DNA from: Mangrovibacillus cuniculi
Lineage (GTDB): Bacteria > Bacillota > Bacilli > Bacillales > R1DC41
Direction of reading: 5' to 3'
Length of the DNA stretch: 32,000 nucleotides
NCBI RefSeq assembly: GCF_015482585.1
Contig: NZ_CP049742.1
Location: 1,693,277-1,725,276 of the forward strand
In this document: positions 26,628 through 32,000 of the stretch, in pieces
Numbering within the stretch: the first letter of the stretch is position 1
Layout of the letters: every line of letters starts with the position of its first letter
Notes under the pieces: model-generated
The model's database searches: none
Told to the model about the DNA's origin: nothing
Seen by the model: the letters and a program-made list of their open reading frames with translations, nothing else
Translations under genes and position numbers: made by a program

Positions 26628-27670
26628 TAGTTGTTCCCCTCCTGTAGGTAAGGAGCTGCATGTTCTTTAGAAATTAGTTGGTGATCTAGTAATTTGCGAA
26701 CCGAACTACTCATCAACTGCATTCCTGACCCTCCTGACGTTTGAATGGCGCTATCAATTTGGTACACCTTTTCAGACCGAATTAAATTGGCAATAGCTGC
26801 GGTTTGAATCATAATTTCAAGGGCTGCAATTCTGCCTTTTTTATCAGCAGTTGGAAACAATCGCTGGGAGATAACTGCCTGAAGAACACTAGCTAACTGT
26901 ATTCGAATCTGTGCTTGTTGTTCTGGCGGAAACACATCTATGATACGTTCTACTGTGGATGAAGCACTAGATGTGTGAAGCGTAGCTAGCACTAAATGTC
27001 CCGTTTCAGCAGCAGTTATGGCTGTATGAATCGTTTCTAAATCGCGCATTTCTCCTAGTAGAATGATATCCGGATCTTGTCGTAATGCACTTCTTAATCC
27101 GCTTGAAAAATTCTTCGTATCAAATCCTACTTCACGTTGATCTACAATGGAGAGTTGATGTTTATGTAAATACTCGATTGGGTCTTCTAACGTAATAATA
27201 TGCTTTTTCGCATGGCGATTTATATACTGAATCATGGATGCAAGTGTAGTAGATTTCCCGCTTCCAGTTGGACCTGTTACGAGCACTAGCCCTTGTGGCT
27301 TTTGTGCAATTTCTTTTAAGATAGAAGGCAATTTTAATTCTTCCAATGTTGGAATGACTGTTGGAATGGCACGAAAAGCTAAAGAAATACAACTTCTTTG
27401 ATGAAAGGTATTTACACGAAAACGGCCAATACCGGAGATTCCATACGAAAAATCAAGTTCTCCTCGTTCTTTAAATGTTTCCCACATATTCTCCGCGATA
27501 ATAGATTTGGCCATTTCTTCCGTGTCTTCAGGCTTTAAAGGTTCGGTGTTTAATTTCTTTAATTCGCCATGCACACGGAAAACAGGAGGTACCCCAACAG
27601 TTAAGTGAACATCAGATGCTTTATGAACAAATGCTTGCCGTAAAATGGAATCAATCTTTTCTCTATTCAT
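26627..27670 (-). CDS. pilT: Type IV pilus retraction ATPase PilT
   Basis: 347 aa from the ATG at 27670 (MNREKIDSILRQA). Walker A is GPTGSGKSTT, followed by Asp and His boxes (ITLEDPIEY, ATLHTSSA), and there is no N-terminal GspE_N domain. The ORF-track GTG start at 27694 overlaps the pilB end. Confidence 0.9.
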   Translation of the reverse strand: MNREKIDSILRQAFVHKASDVHLTVGVPPVFRVHGELKKLNTEPLKPEDTEEMAKSIIAENMWETFKERGELDFSYGISGIGRFRVNTFHQRSCISLAFRAIPTVIPTLEELKLPSILKEIAQKPQGLVLVTGPTGSGKSTTLASMIQYINRHAKKHIITLEDPIEYLHKHQLSIVDQREVGFDTKNFSSGLRSALRQDPDIILLGEMRDLETIHTAITAAETGHLVLATLHTSSASSTVERIIDVFPPEQQAQIRIQLASVLQAVISQRLFPTADKKGRIAALEIMIQTAAIANLIRSEKVYQIDSAIQTSGGSGMQLMSSSVRKLLDHQLISKEHAAPYLQEGNN

Positions 27671-27677
27671 TATTCTC

Positions 27678-29336
27678 TTACTCCATAGCAACACGGAGAA
27701 TTTCTTCCGTTGTTGTAATCCCTTGTTTTACTTTCAATAAACCATCGTCTAATAAGAAGATTGTTTTATGCTGTATCGCCACTTCCCGTAGTTTTGACAA
27801 TGGCTCATTGTTTAAAATCAATCGTTTCATATCTTCATGAATAGATAAAACTTCATGAATTGCTACACGACCTTTATATCCAGTCATATTACAAGAAGAG
27901 CAACCTTCTCCTCTTATTACCGTATCAATGGTTAAACCTCTTTTACGGAAGATTTCTTTCTCTCGAACAGAAGGTACTTGCGGTTTCCCACAGTCTCTAC
28001 AAACTCTTCTAACTAATCGCTGTGCAATAATACCTGATAAAGAAGATGCTACTAAGAAAGGCTCTACTCCCATATCTAGAAGTCTGGTAACCGTGGATAT
28101 AGAGTCATTTGTATGAATAGTACTCAACACTAAGTGTCCAGTTAAAGAAGCTCTTATGGCTACTTCTACCGTTTCCCTATCCCGGATTTCTCCTACCATG
28201 ACGATGTTTGGATCTTGTCGTAAAATTGCACGAAGACCTGTAGCAAATGTTAATCCGACTTGGCTGTTAACTTGAATTTGATTGATTCCTTCCAATTGAT
28301 ACTCCACTGGGTCTTCCACGGTAATAATGTTTACTTCTTCTGTGTTCAGCTTATTTAATGCAGCATATAGCGTTGAAGATTTACCAGAACCGGTTGGACC
28401 AGTAATTAAGACGATACCTGTTGGTTTAGAAATCATTTCTTGAAAACGCTGAAGATTCACTTTGTTAAATCCAAGTTGATTCAAATCATTCAACGAGGAA
28501 CCAAGATCCAAGATACGCATTACTACTTTTTCTCCATAAACAGTTGGAAGCGTCGATACACGTAAATCAATTGGTCGATAATCAATATTTGTTTTAATAC
28601 GTCCGTCCTGTGGGATTCGATGTTCGGTAATATCTAATTTCGACATGATCTTTATACGAGCAATTAACATGTTTTGCATGCTTTTCGGAATGGTTCTTTC
28701 TGTTCGTAAGATGCCGTCCACTCGATATCGCACAAGGACTTTCGTTTCTTGTGGATCAATATGAATATCACTTGCTTTTTGCGTCGCTGCATTAGAAAGC
28801 AGTTGATTTACTAGTTTAACAATCGGTGAATCCTGATCCGTAATGGTGTCTTCTTTCACTTGTTCAACCGTACTTACTTCTTTTGCTAGCTGATCTAACC
28901 CATCATCTGCATCGTAAAATTTGTTAATTGAACGCAGTATATCGTCTTTTGTTGCAATGGCTGGTTCTATGGAAAAGCCAGTGGCTAATCTCAAGTCTTC
29001 AATAGTATAGAAATCCATTGGATCTGCCATCGCTACGTAAAGCTTATCTCCTTCTTTTTTTAAAGGAACAATCACATTACGTTTCGCTTGTTCTTTCGGA
29101 ATTAAAGAAAAGAGTTTCACATCGAAAGGATAACGATAAAGACTGACATGAGGAATACCAAGTTGAAATTCTAGCACTTCAATTAATTGCTGCTCCGTAA
29201 TGAAACCACGCTGAAGCAAAACATCTCCAAGACGTTGCTCTTTTGTTTTTTCTTTTAGCGCACTTTCTAATTGATCATTCGAAAGTAACCCTGCATCAAC
29301 TAGTAGATCACCTAATCTTTTTCTCGTCTCTTTCAC
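27678..29336 (-). CDS. pilB: Type IV pilus assembly ATPase PilB (GspE family)
   Basis: 552 aa with an N-terminal T2SSE_N domain (LGDLLVDAGLLSNDQLESAL), Walker A GPTGSGKSST, and a tetracysteine motif CRDC...CSSC. GTG start 7 nt after AAGGAGG. Confidence 0.95.
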   Translation of the reverse strand: MKETRKRLGDLLVDAGLLSNDQLESALKEKTKEQRLGDVLLQRGFITEQQLIEVLEFQLGIPHVSLYRYPFDVKLFSLIPKEQAKRNVIVPLKKEGDKLYVAMADPMDFYTIEDLRLATGFSIEPAIATKDDILRSINKFYDADDGLDQLAKEVSTVEQVKEDTITDQDSPIVKLVNQLLSNAATQKASDIHIDPQETKVLVRYRVDGILRTERTIPKSMQNMLIARIKIMSKLDITEHRIPQDGRIKTNIDYRPIDLRVSTLPTVYGEKVVMRILDLGSSLNDLNQLGFNKVNLQRFQEMISKPTGIVLITGPTGSGKSSTLYAALNKLNTEEVNIITVEDPVEYQLEGINQIQVNSQVGLTFATGLRAILRQDPNIVMVGEIRDRETVEVAIRASLTGHLVLSTIHTNDSISTVTRLLDMGVEPFLVASSLSGIIAQRLVRRVCRDCGKPQVPSVREKEIFRKRGLTIDTVIRGEGCSSCNMTGYKGRVAIHEVLSIHEDMKRLILNNEPLSKLREVAIQHKTIFLLDDGLLKVKQGITTTEEILRVAME

Positions 29337-29352
29337 ATGCTCGCCTCCTTAC

Positions 29353-30684
29353 TTATTTTTCCTCACCGGCTGGTTCTTCCCAAATTACCTCTACCTCTTT
29401 ACGAGAGGATTCGTTTTCCGCACTATTGTTACGATCCTTTTCCTCATTAGAAGGTGGATTTCTGCCAGTATCCTCATTATTTTGTTCGTCAACTGGTGGT
29501 GTCACGGTTTCACTAGATGATGGAGCTGAGCTAACTAAATCATTCAAAATAGAATGTACCTCAATGCGATGTACAGGAGGATAAAAGTCTTCTGATACTA
29601 ACTTTTCTTCCACTATTGCCCCCGACTCATCTTGTATAATTTGGTAAACACTGATTAATTTACCTGGACTACCCTCTTCTAAAATGTTCTTTGTACCAAT
29701 TGTCAGTAATGGATTAAACTGTTTAATAATTCTTGGTGGAAATTCTTGAATTTGACGAATCTCCATTTCATAAGAAAATAAAAAAGGCATTCCGCTTAAT
29801 TGTGCAGCAATTCCACCTGGTAATGTGGAGAACGTTAATTCATATGAAGTCTCTGTCGGGTTATAAAATACGAAATCCTTGTTAAGTGCTTCAGAAAGGT
29901 CCACTTCCAAACCTAATGGCTGCAAAGTAGGCTCTGTTCTACCATAGTTTCTCTCTCTAACTTCAAACGGTGTCTCTAAAACCAGTTCGTATGTAAGAGA
30001 AGCTAACATCTCTTGTTGTATCTCAGATAAATCCGTTACGCCATCTTCTTCCATTTTTTGTAGAAAAGAAATAGTAGATTTCGGATCAATGGTTATGGAA
30101 AGAGTGGAAATATCCGTCCAATTTTCGTTAGAACTAGTTAGCAACCTTACTTTTTCCACCAAATAACTTTCTGTAAGAGCACTAGCTACCAACACTTCTT
30201 CGGCTCTAATTAATGTGGGCTCTGCTACTAAGAAACTAGCTACCTCTTTAATTTTGACTGTCAAAAGTTCTATATCTAATACACTAGCAATTTCAGTAGG
30301 TATGTTTTCCTTAATCCATTTGTCCACATTACTAACTTCAAGACCTACAGGAACTGGATTGTTTATCCCACTAGTTGGATTATATGTTTCATCCACCGTA
30401 AAGCGAATCTCATCTTTTGGAAAGAAATATGCTTCGCCTTGAATACGAAACTCAATAATTGCTGCCTCTCTCCATTCATTCACCTTGTTTGTCAATTGAG
30501 TTGCTGCTTCTTCTCTTGTCATACCAGATATATCAAGTCCACCTAGCTTTGTCCCTTCCTCATATGTAGAAGAAGAAGGAACGATAGAGGAAAAGAAAAT
30601 CGGACCTAATTGAGAAACCGTTAGCATGAAGGATGTGCAGAGTACGAGCATAATAAAATACATAGCAAAACGTTGGCTATTCAC
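29353..30684 (-). CDS. Membrane-anchored hypothetical protein with C-terminal G5-like domain and acidic low-complexity tail
   Basis: 443 aa. GTG start after GGGAGGAAG. It has an N-terminal TM (FAMYFIMLVLCTSFML), a YoaR/VanW-N-like segment (LGGLDISGMTREEAATQL), and a G5-like block (EEGSPGKLISVYQIIQDESGAIVEEKLVSEDFYPPVHRIEV). No VanW core motif was seen. Its stop is 16 nt before the pilB start. Confidence 0.5.
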   Translation of the reverse strand: MNSQRFAMYFIMLVLCTSFMLTVSQLGPIFFSSIVPSSSTYEEGTKLGGLDISGMTREEAATQLTNKVNEWREAAIIEFRIQGEAYFFPKDEIRFTVDETYNPTSGINNPVPVGLEVSNVDKWIKENIPTEIASVLDIELLTVKIKEVASFLVAEPTLIRAEEVLVASALTESYLVEKVRLLTSSNENWTDISTLSITIDPKSTISFLQKMEEDGVTDLSEIQQEMLASLTYELVLETPFEVRERNYGRTEPTLQPLGLEVDLSEALNKDFVFYNPTETSYELTFSTLPGGIAAQLSGMPFLFSYEMEIRQIQEFPPRIIKQFNPLLTIGTKNILEEGSPGKLISVYQIIQDESGAIVEEKLVSEDFYPPVHRIEVHSILNDLVSSAPSSSETVTPPVDEQNNEDTGRNPPSNEEKDRNNSAENESSRKEVEVIWEEPAGEEK

Positions 30685-30705
30685 TGTACTCTTCCTCCCT
30701 TATTT

Positions 30706-31416
30706 TTATCTAACATTCATTCCAAGTTCTACAAATACAGAGGTCCCTTCTGCTTGAGCTTGCTTCACATCTTCTAAAGTCAGGATAGTTCCAGATTCAA
30801 CTACTACTTCCCCATTAATTCCCTTAATGTCTTTCGTCACTTCTTTTCCAACTAGAAGTTCCGCTTGTTTTTCTTTCAAGCTAGAAAGGGAATCAACTTC
30901 TTGCTCCAACACTTCGTTTGCGTTTTCCATCCAATTTTTACGTGTTGATTCTAATGCATCTTCCTGGACTATTAATAGATCTTTTCCATAGGTCATAACA
31001 GAAGATGACGGCATGATAACTTGTTCAGAGCCAACTTTTAATTCTAGGCCCATTATTTCACCTGTATCTTCATTTAACCCATACTCTAAAACAGAACCCA
31101 CTAACTGTCCTTTTCTTGTCATTACTCGAGTGTCACTTATACGAATGTTTTTATTTACTAGATTATTTGCAATAGGAATTTCATTTAAATCAATAACAGA
31201 ATGCTCATTCTCAATTGTTACGGCAAATTCTCCAATTCCAATGATTTTCTTAAAAGGAATGGCTTTAACGCTAGTTTGCCACTCTTCATTTTCAATTGTT
31301 AAAAAGTCAACGTAGCCTTTCTCTGGATTAACTACTAGTGTTTTTACTACTCCAAGTTGATCTCCTGAGTTAAGGCTAATAATTGGTAAGTTTTTTACTT
31401 CAGAACTTTTTTTCAT
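30706..31416 (-). CDS. PRC-barrel domain protein (two tandem PRC-barrel-like repeats)
   Basis: 236 aa from the ATG at 31416 (MKKSSEVKNLPIISLNSGDQLGVVKTLVVNPEKGYVDFL). A second similar repeat begins at ISDTRVMTRKGQLVGSVLEYGLNEDTGEIMGLEL. The ORF-track start at 31473 would overlap the upstream gene. Confidence 0.6.
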   Translation of the reverse strand: MKKSSEVKNLPIISLNSGDQLGVVKTLVVNPEKGYVDFLTIENEEWQTSVKAIPFKKIIGIGEFAVTIENEHSVIDLNEIPIANNLVNKNIRISDTRVMTRKGQLVGSVLEYGLNEDTGEIMGLELKVGSEQVIMPSSSVMTYGKDLLIVQEDALESTRKNWMENANEVLEQEVDSLSSLKEKQAELLVGKEVTKDIKGINGEVVVESGTILTLEDVKQAQAEGTSVFVELGMNVR

Positions 31417-31441
31417 GACCTTCACACCTATCTGTAATTTT

Positions 31442-32000
31442 CTACTGTTTTGTTTTTTCCATGGCAATTTCATTCATTTGTGCAAGTTGTGTAAATAGTA
31501 AAGGATACTTTTGATAACGAACGGAAACAGAGTTAAATAGTTCCGTAACATCTTCAAAACGTTTATTCTGCAACAAGTAGTTCACCTTTTCATAGATGAA
31601 TGTAAAGTACATTTCATCCGGTAAATCTTGTCGTAACATGGTATCAATTAATTCTTCAAAATCTTGTAAATTTCCATTTAATTGTAAAAGATGAAGTTGA
31701 TTCGTGATAGAATGCAATAATTCTCTTGAGGTTCTAGACATTTCTATTGTTTCAGAGGATTCCTTTTCATTTGAATAGGATGTCTCCATTTCTAGCATTT
31801 CTTCTTCTGCGTCTAATTGAGGTGAATCCTCTACTTCTTCCAAGAATAATTCTTCTAATTCGACTTTATCTTGCGTTTCATCCGCTTCTCCAGCGGAAAT
31901 GAACGTGTCTTCGATTATTTCACTGTTTAAGTTAAAACTTTGTTCAGGTGGCGCTGTTTCTGTTATGATTTGTTCTTGCTCTTGTTCTTGTTCTTGTTCT
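31442..32000 (-). CDS. Hypothetical acidic protein, C-terminal part (5' end beyond window)
   Basis: The reading frame stays open from 31442 to the window edge, giving ...EQEQEQEQIITETAPPEQSF...EELFLEEVEDSPQLDAEEE.... The N-terminal side is highly acidic and low-complexity, followed by a ~90-aa helical C-terminal region. I recognise no family. Confidence 0.5.
   Translation of the reverse strand, partial: EQEQEQEQEQIITETAPPEQSFNLNSEIIEDTFISAGEADETQDKVELEELFLEEVEDSPQLDAEEEMLEMETSYSNEKESSETIEMSRTSRELLHSITNQLHLLQLNGNLQDFEELIDTMLRQDLPDEMYFTFIYEKVNYLLQNKRFEDVTELFNSVSVRYQKYPLLFTQLAQMNEIAMEKTKQ

Noticed and set aside
31967-32000. Tandem hexanucleotide repeat (TTGTTC/TTGCTC)n at the window edge
   Set aside because: It lies in the open reading frame of the acidic protein and encodes (EQ)n. 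It is a low-complexity coding repeat, not a regulatory or CRISPR-like repeat.

Overview
This is a low-GC Bacillaceae-type (spore-former) chromosomal core segment, with almost all genes on the minus strand. It is collinear with the B. subtilis region nadBCA / nifS-niaR, pheBA, obg, spo0B, rpmA-prp-rplU, spoIVFAB, minCD, mreBCD, radC, maf, spoIIB. All ORFs look intact. Several starts in the ORF track are over-extended, often beginning at a GTG inside the Shine-Dalgarno sequence, and I re-set them using RBS spacing and homology. There are four departures from the B. subtilis layout. (1) An RNase E/G-family gene lies between spoIVFB and rplU. (2) A complete type IV pilus operon (pilB-pilT-pilC, then pilA-pilD-pilMN-pilO-minor pilin) sits where B. 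subtilis keeps only comC, and three tightly packed uncharacterised genes precede it. (3) A family of GC-rich palindromic interspersed elements has five copies, in long (~155 bp) and short (~44 bp) forms. In every interpretable case the copy lies between a stop codon and the terminator, in one transcript-relative orientation. (4) A 137-nt element between mreB and mreC folds on paper into a perfect four-way junction with no unpaired junction nucleotides. I saw no CRISPR array, tRNA/rRNA, transposase/integrase, or recognisable defence or toxin-antitoxin module. The most novel-looking items are non-coding (the repeat family, the four-way junction, the structured rpmA-spo0B spacer), plus the three genes upstream of pilB. 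All homology statements come from my recollection of protein families and motifs read in the translations. No database search was run.
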